Both the position numbers and the translations under genes were made by a program. A stretch of 32,000 bases of DNA from an uncultured archaeon (GTDB lineage: Archaea > Iainarchaeota > Iainarchaeia > Iainarchaeales > DATDZZ01), in the NCBI GenBank assembly GCA_964373795.1, contig CAYJVY010000001.1, positions 131,537 through 163,536 of the forward strand, read 5' to 3'. Positions 14,487 to 23,962 of the stretch are shown in pieces. The notes beneath the pieces were generated by a model. That model saw nothing but the letters and a program-made list of their open reading frames with translations, did not search any database and was not told the DNA's origin. Position 1 is the first letter of the stretch. Each line of letters begins with the position of its first letter.

Positions 14487-17400
14487 ACAAATTCAAATAA
14501 ACTTTTTTGAGAAGGTTTATCGTCTTTAAAAATTGAATCAATTTCTAGTTCAGCTAATTCAATTCTTTGCTTTAAATAAGTGCTTAAATCGTAGTTGTAA
14601 ATTATTTGTTTAGCTATTTCTAAATATTTTCTTACAGTTCCTTGAGAGATTGTTAAAATTAATTCATTATTGCATTTAGTGCAAGTGCCTTTTAATGGAA
14701 TTCTTCTATACTTTGAATTGCATTTACTGCATCTAAATTGTTGTCTAGTGAAAGCGCGAGCATTTCCAATAATGTCTGGAAAGAAATGGCTTCTTAAAAC
14801 TCTTTCCAATGCATCTTTTCCTTTCACTGATTTTATTTTGAATTGCAGTTCAGCCTGTCGTTTAATTTTTTCCTCCATTTCTTTTAATTGAGTATACATT
14901 GATTGTTTTGGTCCGGCATCGAATAAAGTTGTTGAATGAGTGAAATTTAATTCAGTGAATTGATTTTCTTTTCCTAGTTTTTTTTGCACTGTTGAAATAA
15001 AATTCAAAAAACTTGTTTCATAGTTTAACGATTTTTCATATAATTCTATTGGATATTCTTTGCATGTCTCCATTGAATAAACTTCATCATCTATTTCTTG
15101 AGGATTTAATGCAACAGTAAAAACTAATGGAGCATCCATTCTTCCCCCGCTTTTATGGCTTAAATATGTTTGACTAAAATTCAATAATGAATCCATTAAC
15201 AACATTATTGAATCTTGATCTCCATCAAAATTTCTTCTTCTACACATTACTGAATATGGATGGCACCACATTAGCAATGCTTTACTGAATCCAATTACTC
15301 TTTGAACTATTCCAGCAGAAGTATGAGGAGCTAATCCAATTACTAGTTCTCCAATTAATTCTTCTTTTGAATTAACTTTATAGTATGGTTCTATTTTGTA
15401 AAATTTTTCAAGTAATTCGTCAATGAATTTACTCATTCTAAGCATCCAAATTCCGGCTTTTTCGTTCACAATTACGTCTTGAGGAAATAATTCAATTAAT
15501 TGTTCTTCTGAAGTAATTTCTTTTCCTTCAAAATCAACTGTATACCCTAATACTTTTACTTTTTCAACTGTTAAACCAATTTCTTTTGGTTTAAAAAAAT
15601 TTAATGGAGCATTTAATAACTCAAACCTGCTTGTCCCATCTCTATAAATATGAATATTGTGTTTTCCTCTTAGAATTCCTTTTTCCAATGGCTCTGGAAT
15701 CTTTGATTCAGCAAATAATCCTTTGACTCCTTTAATTAAGTCAGGCATTCTTTCATCTAAATTTTCAACTGCTTCGCCTAACATTTTTTTTAATTCAATT
15801 TTTCTTTTATTAAATTCACTTAAATTAATTGATCCGCATCCTTTACATCTTTCTCCTTCAACTATTCTCATACAGTCATTGCAAGAATTAACCTTCATTG
15901 TTCTAATTCCACATTCCTTGCAATAATAGTATGGCAAGATTTTTTCGCATTTCATGCATTTAAATAAAGCTATTTCTACTTCTATTACTCCTTCTTGTAA
16001 AGACTTTTTATCAATGTCATTCATTGCTTTGTTAATGCTTCTAGTTGGCCCTCCTTTTAATGCAATTGGAAACAATATATGTGGATTGCCTTTCATTTGC
16101 CTTTCTTTAGCTGCTTCTGGTCGCCCCATTCTTGCTCCAATAAATGTTCCACATTTATCCATTATTTTTACTCCGCTAATTTTGCTTAAAGATTCTAACA
16201 CGTTTTCTGAAACTAATTCCAAAACTTTTTCATTAAAAAACCCAAAACAAGTTAAAACATTTTTTGCGTGTTTTTCTTCAATAACTATTTTTCCGTCAAT
16301 TATTTTATGCTCTAATCCAATTAATTCTAATAAGGGTTTGATTTTTTCACTTACTTTTACTTGAATAATTCTTTCATCAAGTGATTCGATTTCCGCGTTT
16401 TTGAATTCATTAATTAATTCAATTAAATCTTTTTTAGACAAAATCTTGTAATAATAAATAAATTTTGGATGCAACGGAATTCCAAAATCTTTCGAAAGTT
16501 TGAAAGCAAAATCAAAATTCAATTCGTTTTCTCTTCCATTATTTGCAATTAATTTTTCAATTTCAACATTAAAATTATTTGAAGTAACTGCTTTTTTTAG
16601 GTCTTGAATCCACCATTCTTCAACATATGCACTTGGCACTAAAGGATGAGCTGTTTTTTTGAAATCCCCTAAAGTAACTAGAATATCTCCTAGGAAAAGG
16701 ATTTGCTCTAATTGAGGTTTAAGTTTCTCTGCTAATTCAATTGAATTTACTTGAATTACTTCCCCATTTTTTAATTTAATTATTGGGCCATCAATTGAAT
16801 CGCATGGAAATAATTGGGCTGCTTTTCCTGGGCGTTCAATTCTAATATGTGTTCCAACTGCAATGAATTCATCCAGTAAATACATTAAAGCTGGATTAAT
16901 TGCTTTAGCCATGCAACCAGTATTTCTTGCTTTTCCATATCTTAATCTAAACCCTCCAAAAGCACTTGGATATGCTAGTAAAGGCCTGCCTGCAGCCAAG
17001 CCTTCCAAGTATTTATCTGTTGGAGTTATTTCAGTTATTTTGTCTGCTGTTTTTTCAACCTTAATTATTTTTTCCAACCATTTCCAATCTAAGCTTAACT
17101 GGTTTGCCCAACTCAAAATCTTCATTGCTTTTAATGCAACTCCTTCTGATACAACTAAAGCCATTCCTCCTCTAATCCTGTTTGAAGGAATTCTGTCAAT
17201 ATTTCTATGAACTGAAACTTCTCTTTCTTCTGTTGGAATTCCATTAATGCATATAGGGCATCCTCTAATAATTGTTTTAATTTCTTCTTCCGGAACCTTG
17301 TATTGTCGAGAAATGATTTCAGTTTGATAAATCATTATTTCTTCTACATATCTTTCAACTTCTTCTTCTGTTGGTTTATATCTGTCAATGTCTAATAAGC

Positions 17401-17917
17401 TTCTAGCATAATCTGCTAAAATTAATGGAATAACTGTTGCACTTCCTCCTGCTGCTCTAATTGGTCCAGAAAAGTATACATCAATGTATTTAGTTCCATC
17501 CAGGTTTTTTGAAATTAATACTTTTGGCAATCCATCTAATGGAGATACAACTACTCCTTCAGTCATTAACACTAGTCCTGATTTAATTGCTAATTCAATT
17601 CTTTTCTGCAAATCAGGAATTTGAATCCATTTTTGTTCAATTAGTTCTCTAAAGATTTGAAACAAGGACTGCATTCTGTCTCCATTGTTTTCATTTAATA
17701 CTTCTCTATATCTTTTAGCAATTCCTGGTGGGCCACAAATTTTTTCTGCTCTTTCAGCTAAATCAGTTACAGGTAATGATTCAACTTCAGTTGAAACGTC
17801 AAATCCTTTTTCTCTAGCTTTTTTTGCTAACTCAAATTGCTTTTCAACTCTTGAAGAAATTAGTTCAAAGTATTTTTTTGTTTTTGCATCGCAAGGCCAT
17901 TTAATTTTTCCAATCAT
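14483..17917 (-). CDS. DNA polymerase II (PolD) large subunit DP2
   Basis: At 1144 aa it is collinear with archaeal DP2. It has a conserved N-terminal region (PPGIAKRYRE..., GGSATVIPLILADYAR), several Cys-cluster zinc modules (CMKCEK..CKECG, CNDC..CKGCG, CSKCNSKY..CTKCN) and a GDQD catalytic-region motif (NFDGDQDS). No intein is present. Confidence 0.95.
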   Translation of the reverse strand: MIGKIKWPCDAKTKKYFELISSRVEKQFELAKKAREKGFDVSTEVESLPVTDLAERAEKICGPPGIAKRYREVLNENNGDRMQSLFQIFRELIEQKWIQIPDLQKRIELAIKSGLVLMTEGVVVSPLDGLPKVLISKNLDGTKYIDVYFSGPIRAAGGSATVIPLILADYARSLLDIDRYKPTEEEVERYVEEIMIYQTEIISRQYKVPEEEIKTIIRGCPICINGIPTEEREVSVHRNIDRIPSNRIRGGMALVVSEGVALKAMKILSWANQLSLDWKWLEKIIKVEKTADKITEITPTDKYLEGLAAGRPLLAYPSAFGGFRLRYGKARNTGCMAKAINPALMYLLDEFIAVGTHIRIERPGKAAQLFPCDSIDGPIIKLKNGEVIQVNSIELAEKLKPQLEQILFLGDILVTLGDFKKTAHPLVPSAYVEEWWIQDLKKAVTSNNFNVEIEKLIANNGRENELNFDFAFKLSKDFGIPLHPKFIYYYKILSKKDLIELINEFKNAEIESLDERIIQVKVSEKIKPLLELIGLEHKIIDGKIVIEEKHAKNVLTCFGFFNEKVLELVSENVLESLSKISGVKIMDKCGTFIGARMGRPEAAKERQMKGNPHILFPIALKGGPTRSINKAMNDIDKKSLQEGVIEVEIALFKCMKCEKILPYYYCKECGIRTMKVNSCNDCMRIVEGERCKGCGSINLSEFNKRKIELKKMLGEAVENLDERMPDLIKGVKGLFAESKIPEPLEKGILRGKHNIHIYRDGTSRFELLNAPLNFFKPKEIGLTVEKVKVLGYTVDFEGKEITSEEQLIELFPQDVIVNEKAGIWMLRMSKFIDELLEKFYKIEPYYKVNSKEELIGELVIGLAPHTSAGIVQRVIGFSKALLMWCHPYSVMCRRRNFDGDQDSIMLLMDSLLNFSQTYLSHKSGGRMDAPLVFTVALNPQEIDDEVYSMETCKEYPIELYEKSLNYETSFLNFISTVQKKLGKENQFTELNFTHSTTLFDAGPKQSMYTQLKEMEEKIKRQAELQFKIKSVKGKDALERVLRSHFFPDIIGNARAFTRQQFRCSKCNSKYRRIPLKGTCTKCNNELILTISQGTVRKYLEIAKQIIYNYDLSTYLKQRIELAELEIDSIFKDDKPSQKSLFEFV

Positions 17918-18018
17918 TCAAGGTCACGCCCCTTGAGTGCGAATCACTTGAGTGTGAATCAAACACTCTTTCAAGGCAATTAATTAGTAAATAAATTTGA
18001 ATGAAAGAAAATAAAAGC
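17918..18018 (-). promoter_or_regulatory. Structured intercistronic spacer / 5' leader of DP2 with a tandem 15-mer
   Basis: A tandem CTTGAGTGCGAATCA / CTTGAGTGTGAATCA lies at 17932-17961. The hexamer TCAAGG occurs at 17919-17924 and 17971-17976, and its complement CCTTGA at 17931-17936, so mutually exclusive hairpins can form next to the DP2 start codon. The spacer is locally GC-enriched. Confidence 0.45.
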
Positions 18019-19551
18019 CTACTCTATTTTTTCATTAAAGAAATAGTTTTCAATTATTTTCATTGTTTTTAGTTCTAGCACTGGAACTACTCCTGGAGTA
18101 GGAGTGTGTCCTTTGCTTACTTGAAAGTCAGTTCTATTTTGCCAAGTGCCATTATTAATTATTAGTGTTCCTCTGTAATTTCCATATCCATTGTGATGCA
18201 TGTCTCCACCTATATAAATATCTGGAGCGCTTTTTAATACTAGAAAATCTTTTTTTTCTGGAGCATAAGTTTGCCTTAAACCATAAGTTCCTCCAACAGT
18301 TCCTCTTCTTAATGCATCCATTATTGCTAGTTGAGGCTTGTTTGGATTTAAATAACTTAATTGAGAATAAAGGTCGTGTAATGCTCCTCCATGATATGCT
18401 AAAACAGTTAATCCTTCTAATTCAATCCATGAAGGGTTTCCAATTAAATGGAAATTCTTTAATTCACTTAATTCTGGTAGAAACTCTTTTGCAATTGCTG
18501 GTTGAGGTTCAGCTCTTCTTACTGCATCGTGTTGTCCTGGTATTAAAAATACTTCAATGTATTCAGGGACTTGCTTAATTAATTCTTGAAACCTAGTGTA
18601 TTGTCCGTAAATGTTTTGGATACTTAGTTCTTTGCTTTGCCCTGGATAGACTCCTATTCCGTCAACTAAGTCTCCTGTAATAATTAAATATTTTATTTTT
18701 CCAACTTTTTCTTGTTCTTTTCTATCCCCAATTTTTCCATTCAACCATTCAATGAATCTAATGAATTCTTTTTCAAGAAAAAGTTTTGAGCCAACATGAA
18801 TATCTGAAATAGTGCATAAACTTAAATCTCTTTCAGCTGTTTTTATTGGCTTCATTGGAAGCTCTGGATAAAACACTTGCTTTATTATTATCATGTCTCC
18901 TTGGCCTTTAATTCCCTTAATTCCTATTACATCATCTAAAAGAATTTTTTCTGCTTCCCTCATTAAACTTGCGTCATCTTTTAAAATTAATGCAATTGCC
19001 TCTCCTTCTAAATCCTCTACTTTAAAGCATACATGCCCATTTTTTGAAACCCATTTCTTTGAAACCATTGCAATTAAATCCACTTCATTTCCTTTACTGA
19101 TTCTATTCAATCTAGAAGTTGTTTTCGGATTTAATCCAATTCTTTTCTTTAAAACATTTTTTAATGAATCAAATTTATCTCTAAACAAGGAAACAAAGTC
19201 TTCAATTATTCCTTCACTATTGCTTTGCCCTGTTACATCAAATTCTTGCAAAATTCTGTAATTTGGTTTAAGTTCTCTTGCAATTGGCTTAAAAAAATTT
19301 GAATAAACTTCAACTTCTTTTTGCAACTCAATTTTGGTTTCTTTTCTAATTAAATAGTCTTGAACTATTTTTGTGTCAATTAAATAATTGTTTTTTTCAA
19401 TTAATTCATCTAATACTTGTTTAAAATTTTCTTTTTCTAACAAGACTTGAACTGCATCTAAAGTAATAATAATATTTTTTTGAGTTGCATAATCTATCAC
19501 TTCTTTACTTGAAACCTGTTTTAAAACATTTACTGATTCCAAAGCAATCAA
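18019..19551 (-). CDS. DNA polymerase II (PolD) small subunit DP1
   Basis: It has calcineurin-like phosphoesterase motifs (ISDIHVGS, ITGDLVDGIGVYPGQ, PGQHD, GGDMHH) plus an OB-fold region. A TTG start lies 4 nt after the upstream stop. Confidence 0.95.
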   Translation of the reverse strand: MIALESVNVLKQVSSKEVIDYATQKNIIITLDAVQVLLEKENFKQVLDELIEKNNYLIDTKIVQDYLIRKETKIELQKEVEVYSNFFKPIARELKPNYRILQEFDVTGQSNSEGIIEDFVSLFRDKFDSLKNVLKKRIGLNPKTTSRLNRISKGNEVDLIAMVSKKWVSKNGHVCFKVEDLEGEAIALILKDDASLMREAEKILLDDVIGIKGIKGQGDMIIIKQVFYPELPMKPIKTAERDLSLCTISDIHVGSKLFLEKEFIRFIEWLNGKIGDRKEQEKVGKIKYLIITGDLVDGIGVYPGQSKELSIQNIYGQYTRFQELIKQVPEYIEVFLIPGQHDAVRRAEPQPAIAKEFLPELSELKNFHLIGNPSWIELEGLTVLAYHGGALHDLYSQLSYLNPNKPQLAIMDALRRGTVGGTYGLRQTYAPEKKDFLVLKSAPDIYIGGDMHHNGYGNYRGTLIINNGTWQNRTDFQVSKGHTPTPGVVPVLELKTMKIIENYFFNEKIE

Positions 19552-19555
19552 CTAC

Positions 19556-19810
19556 TTATTTTACTTTTTCTTTTAATGCCTCTAAACTTGAAATAATAGT
19601 CCAAATATCTGTTCTAGTATGAGAAGGCATGTTAATGTCATTACTTATGTCATCCAATAAATAAACAGCTGCACTTATCGTAGTAGAACTAATTTCTTTC
19701 TTAATTTTTTCTTTTGCTTCTTCAACTGCTCTTCTAATATTTCTTGGAACACTATGATCGCCAATTAAGTTCTCCATTAATTCAATTAATTCAGTTGCTT
19801 CTGCAGTCAT
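19556..19810 (-). CDS. UPF0147-family small archaeal protein
   Basis: The 84-aa sequence (DHSVPRNIRRAVEEAKEKI...LLDDISNDINMPSHTRTDIWTIISSLE) matches the UPF0147 pattern. GGAGGTG lies 5 nt upstream of the ATG. Confidence 0.65.
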   Translation of the reverse strand: MTAEATELIELMENLIGDHSVPRNIRRAVEEAKEKIKKEISSTTISAAVYLLDDISNDINMPSHTRTDIWTIISSLEALKEKVK

Positions 19811-19864
19811 TCAACCACCTCCAAAAAGCTACAAATAGAGTTTAATTTCTTTAATTGATATGAA

Positions 19865-20521
19865 TTATTTTTCACGAACCCATTTTAAAATGATTTCCAG
19901 GTTTTTGAGTTGTTCTTGTAATTCATTTACCTTGCTTTGAAGAGTTTGAATATTCTTATTAGAGGTTTCCAATCTAAAATTTCTTAATTCTTGAGCGTAT
20001 TTTGCAACTCTTTTATCTTTTCTATACACAATTGAAGTTAAAACAGTTTCAGTTAATTGTTTCCTGTAATCCAAGTCGTTTACAAACATTGAAATCATTG
20101 GCCTGTATTTTGGTTCGGCAATCATTTGAACAGGTAATTTAACTGATTCAACATCTTTTCTATAATCTTCATCAGTTAAAGACTTTGTTAAATGCTGCCA
20201 ATAAAGTTTGTCAAAAAACTTGAATGCATGAGTTTTAACATTATAAATTTTAGCTAAATTAAATTTGTTTTCCCATTCAGATTTTTTTTTACTAAACATT
20301 TCAAGGTTTTTTTTTAATTCATTTATTTGATGCATTAACCTAAAAGGACTTGGATAACTAATTTTTGGCCATGCATCGTTTTGAGAAACAGCTGAAACAA
20401 CTCCTCCTAACTTGAAATAGTTTTTTAATGCAGTTATTCTGGGATTATTTTCATCTATTTCCTTAATTGAAGGAAAAGTTTTTTGAAAAGTATCAAACGA
20501 AGAAATTATTTCTCCAGCCAT
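19865..20521 (-). CDS. Hypothetical protein, C-terminal coiled coil
   Basis: This 218-aa ORF is the first gene of the apparent operon with UPF0147, DP1 and DP2. I recognise no family. Confidence 0.45.
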   Translation of the reverse strand: MAGEIISSFDTFQKTFPSIKEIDENNPRITALKNYFKLGGVVSAVSQNDAWPKISYPSPFRLMHQINELKKNLEMFSKKKSEWENKFNLAKIYNVKTHAFKFFDKLYWQHLTKSLTDEDYRKDVESVKLPVQMIAEPKYRPMISMFVNDLDYRKQLTETVLTSIVYRKDKRVAKYAQELRNFRLETSNKNIQTLQSKVNELQEQLKNLEIILKWVREK

Positions 20522-20588
20522 AACTTATTAATATCTTGACTCATTAATAAATTTAATGGATATTTATATTTTTATTAGAGGTGAATAA

Positions 20589-20921
20589 ATGTTTCCTGGA
20601 ATAGGTGGAATGAATCCAACCCAAATGAAATCCTTAATGAAGCAATTAGGAATTAAATCTCAAGACTTGAAAGCAAAAAAAGCAGTATTCGAATTAGACG
20701 ACAAGCTTTTAGTAATAGACAATCCTCAAATAACTTTAATTGAAATGCAAGGCGTTAAAACATTTCAAGTAATAGGAGAAGCAAAAGAAGAATCCAAAGG
20801 CTTCCCGGAAGATGACATTAAATTAGTTGCAGAACAAGCAAATGTTTCATTAGAAGAAGCAAAAAAAGCCTTGCAAAAAACAAATGGAGATATTGCTCAA
20901 GCAATAAACGATTTAAAATAA
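20589..20921 (+). CDS. nac: Nascent polypeptide-associated complex protein (archaeal NAC)
   Basis: It has a NAC domain (AKKAVFELDDKLLVIDNPQITLIEMQGVKTFQVIGE) and a C-terminal UBA-like segment (LEEAKKALQKTNGDIAQAINDL). GAGGTGA lies upstream of the ATG. Confidence 0.85.
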   Translation: MFPGIGGMNPTQMKSLMKQLGIKSQDLKAKKAVFELDDKLLVIDNPQITLIEMQGVKTFQVIGEAKEESKGFPEDDIKLVAEQANVSLEEAKKALQKTNGDIAQAINDLK

Positions 20922-20923
20922 TT

Positions 20924-22318
20924 TTATTTTTCTTCCCTGAATTCTATTACAATTATTTCGTTCACTACTGCAATAAATTCAATTAATGCATTTAAGTCTT
21001 CTAATTCTTTGTGTCCTACTTCAATAAATCCATTTACTTCATTTGATTTTTGTTTCAAGAAATAATTTTTGTCGTTAACTTGAATTTGATTTGAATCAAG
21101 TTCAGTTAAAGCTTGTTGTTTGAATTCCTTTAAAGAAGCATTTAATGGCAACAACTCAATTACTTGTTTTTTGAATTCAACTGCGTTCTTTGTTTTCAGG
21201 CTTGCATCAACTCCAATTAATTGTTTTGGTTCATTCAATTCATACTCTGAAAAATTTAAGTCACTAAATTTTTGTTTAATGCTTTGCTTTAATTCTTCAT
21301 AATTTGCATCTAAATTAAACGCAACAAGTATTACTGGTTTGTTTAGAAGAGTATTTGCTTCAACTTTATTTACATCTTTCACTTCTTCCATTGCTTTACT
21401 TAATTCATTTATTTTATTTGAATCAAATGAATTTAAATCAATTGAAATTATTGGATTAAATTTTTTTGCTTCAATTAAAACAGAGTTAACATCACTTAAT
21501 TTTTCTAAACCTGTTTTAAATGAATTCACGTCTAATGTAGGCAATGTTTTTTCAAAAGTGAAAATAGTTCTAGGCTTTAATTCTTTTAACTTAATTGTTT
21601 TCTGAAATGACTCTTGAACAGGAGTTCGAGTAACATTGTTTACTTCAATTCCAATTATTTGCAGTAATTGTTCTCCATTAAAAGAAGCTTGTTCAACTAA
21701 ATTTATTTCATCTTGTTCTTCTGTTTCCAGTCTTACAAAACCTGGAACAATATTTGAATCAAATTCATGAATTCTTTGAATTGATTCATCTTCAGTTGAA
21801 ATGAATTTAACTTTTTTTGGTACTTCAATTAATGCACTGCTTAAAACCTCGAAATTAAAAAGCATTAAAGCTTTTTCTTGAATTTCTTCAACTATTTCTC
21901 TTTTAGTTCTTTGAGATTCATCTAACGAAATTTGTGCAACGTACAACAAATTTATTCCACTTAAACCTTGCTGTGGAAGCTGTCTGTAATTAGATGAAAG
22001 ATTTGCTACTCCTTTTACTTGCAGTATTGCTGAATCAATTGATTGTTTTTCTGCTTCTTCAGTTCTAGCAGTTAAAATAATGTTTGGATTAATTTCTTGA
22101 ACTCTTCCAGTTACTTCTTCTGATCTGAATACCTCTATTCTGTTTTGATTAATTAAAGGCAAGTTTTGATCCTGGTTTTGAGGGGGTTGTCCTCTTACAT
22201 CTGTTGGATCTTGTTGATTGTCTTGATTATTTCCTGAACTTAATTGAATTCCAATTCCAATGCTTGAAGCCAAGAACAAAGCAACAATAAATAAACTCAT
22301 TAATTGTTTTGAATCCAT
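20924..22318 (-). CDS. Hypothetical secreted / membrane-anchored protein
   Basis: This 464-aa ORF has an N-terminal TM/signal helix followed by a Q/N/D/P-rich low-complexity linker. I recognise no family. Confidence 0.5.
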   Translation of the reverse strand: MDSKQLMSLFIVALFLASSIGIGIQLSSGNNQDNQQDPTDVRGQPPQNQDQNLPLINQNRIEVFRSEEVTGRVQEINPNIILTARTEEAEKQSIDSAILQVKGVANLSSNYRQLPQQGLSGINLLYVAQISLDESQRTKREIVEEIQEKALMLFNFEVLSSALIEVPKKVKFISTEDESIQRIHEFDSNIVPGFVRLETEEQDEINLVEQASFNGEQLLQIIGIEVNNVTRTPVQESFQKTIKLKELKPRTIFTFEKTLPTLDVNSFKTGLEKLSDVNSVLIEAKKFNPIISIDLNSFDSNKINELSKAMEEVKDVNKVEANTLLNKPVILVAFNLDANYEELKQSIKQKFSDLNFSEYELNEPKQLIGVDASLKTKNAVEFKKQVIELLPLNASLKEFKQQALTELDSNQIQVNDKNYFLKQKSNEVNGFIEVGHKELEDLNALIEFIAVVNEIIVIEFREEK

Positions 22319-22468
22319 TTAAATCATTTAGAATAATACAATAATTAGTTTCATTACCTATTTTAATTTATTTTAATTGTTATTGCATTTATTTTTAAAT
22401 CTTCTATTAAATTAATGTATATATAATTTCTTTAAAAACTATTTTTGAATTTTATAGATGGTGAATTT

Positions 22469-23167
22469 ATGGTGGAAAAAGGTGAAATGGTTTTAATTTC
22501 CTTTGAAGGAAAAGACCTTGTAACTGGAAAAGTTTTTGATACAACTAGTGAAGAAACAGCTAAAAAAGAAGGGATTTTCAGAGAAGGAAGCATATTCAAA
22601 CCAATTCCAGTTGTAATTGGAAAAGGAGAATTAGTTCAAGGCCTTGAAGAAGCACTTCAAGAAATGAAGATAGGAGAAGAAAGAGTTTTAGATATTTCTC
22701 CTGAAAAAGGTTTTGGAGAAAGAAACCCTGAACTAGTTAGAGTAATTCCTTTAAATGAATTCAAAAAAAGAAATGTAACTCCTGCAACTGGAATGGTTGT
22801 AGACATTAACAACATGTATGGAAAAATTCAAAGCATTTCAGGAGGAAGGGTTAGAGTTGACTTTAACCCTGATTTAGCTGGAAGAGCAGTTCAATACAAG
22901 TTAAAAATTGAAAAAAAACTTGATTCATCTGAAGAAAAATCTAAAGCCTTGTTTGAAAAATATTTTCCTTTCATGAAACAAGAGAATTGTAAATTAATTG
23001 GAGATTGTTTTGAAGCAAGCCTTGACACTAAAATCGCGCCTCAAATAGGGCAATTAAAACATGTTTTCGCGCAAACCTTGCTTGAATTTGTTCCTGAAGT
23101 GAAAAAAGTTAAATTCGTTGAAGAATTCAACGAAGATTCATTTAAATCAAACAAAAACAAAAAATAG
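22469..23167 (+). CDS. FKBP-type peptidyl-prolyl cis-trans isomerase (long archaeal SlyD-like form)
   Basis: It carries GEMVLISFEGKDLVTGKVFDTTS and VVIGKGELVQGLEEALQEMKIGEE, with an IF-type insert and a C-terminal domain. I placed the start at ATG 22469, after GGTGA. The track ORF starts at 22445. Confidence 0.8.
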   Translation: MVEKGEMVLISFEGKDLVTGKVFDTTSEETAKKEGIFREGSIFKPIPVVIGKGELVQGLEEALQEMKIGEERVLDISPEKGFGERNPELVRVIPLNEFKKRNVTPATGMVVDINNMYGKIQSISGGRVRVDFNPDLAGRAVQYKLKIEKKLDSSEEKSKALFEKYFPFMKQENCKLIGDCFEASLDTKIAPQIGQLKHVFAQTLLEFVPEVKKVKFVEEFNEDSFKSNKNKK

Positions 23168-23253
23168 TTTTAATTTTGAATTATTTGAGTAAGCTATTTA
23201 AACATTTATGTTCCTAAAATTAATTGGTTCACCGACTAATTGTAGATGATTAA

Positions 23254-23877
23254 ATGAATAAAACCATGGAAACTGGGACAACAACTGTTGGCTTAGTATT
23301 CAAAGACGGAGTAATTCTTTCCTCTGATATGAAGGCTTCAATGGGGCATTTAAATTACGATGAAGAAGTGAAAAAAGTTTTCAAAATAACTGATTACATG
23401 GGAGTAACAATTGCTGGATCAGTTGGAGATGCTTTAACAATTGTTCGTTTTCTAAAATCCCATGCAAAACTGTTTGAAATTGAAAGAGAAGGAAGACTCA
23501 CTCCAAAAGCAGCAACAGTATTCCTTTCAAATATTTTAAATTCTAATAGATATTATCCTTTCCTAGTTCAATTAATTGTTGGGGGATTTGTTGGCAAACC
23601 ACAATTATATGACATTGATCCAAGCGGAGGATTACTTGAAAGAAAAAAATTTGCAGTTACAGGAAGCGGAACAGAACTAGCTTTAAGTGTCTTAGACGAC
23701 AACTATAAAGATGATTTAAACGAAGAACAAGCAATTAAAGTAGTAGTAAAAGCAATTGAAGCTGCTAAAAAAAGAGACAATTATTCTGGCGGAGTAGCAA
23801 TTAATTTAATGATTATAAACAAAGACGGGGTAAAAGAATTAAATTTAAAAGAAGTAAAAAAATATTTAACAAACTAG
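23254..23877 (+). CDS. psmB: Proteasome subunit beta
   Basis: A short propeptide precedes the catalytic Thr (MNKTMETG/TTTVGLVFKDGVILSSD). GSG and other Ntn-hydrolase beta-subunit motifs are present. Confidence 0.9.
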   Translation: MNKTMETGTTTVGLVFKDGVILSSDMKASMGHLNYDEEVKKVFKITDYMGVTIAGSVGDALTIVRFLKSHAKLFEIEREGRLTPKAATVFLSNILNSNRYYPFLVQLIVGGFVGKPQLYDIDPSGGLLERKKFAVTGSGTELALSVLDDNYKDDLNEEQAIKVVVKAIEAAKKRDNYSGGVAINLMIINKDGVKELNLKEVKKYLTN

Positions 23878-23962
23878 ATTTTTTTTTAATTAAATTTTTT
23901 ATTTTTCTGAATTTTTTTTGGATAGGCTTAATTAAACCAAAGTTTTAAAGAGAGTTGATTAA

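Noticed and set aside
14670-19261. Multiple 70-140-aa ORFs antisense to, or out of frame within, the DP2 and DP1 genes.
   Set aside because: They lie entirely inside two long, well-supported PolD genes. Their composition (F/L/I/S-rich) is typical of antisense frames in AT-rich coding DNA.
22319-22444. Replication origin in the AT-rich divergent intergenic region near the PolD cluster.
   Set aside because: I found no ORB-like inverted repeats, no cdc6/orc1 gene in the window, and no repeated motif beyond general AT-richness.
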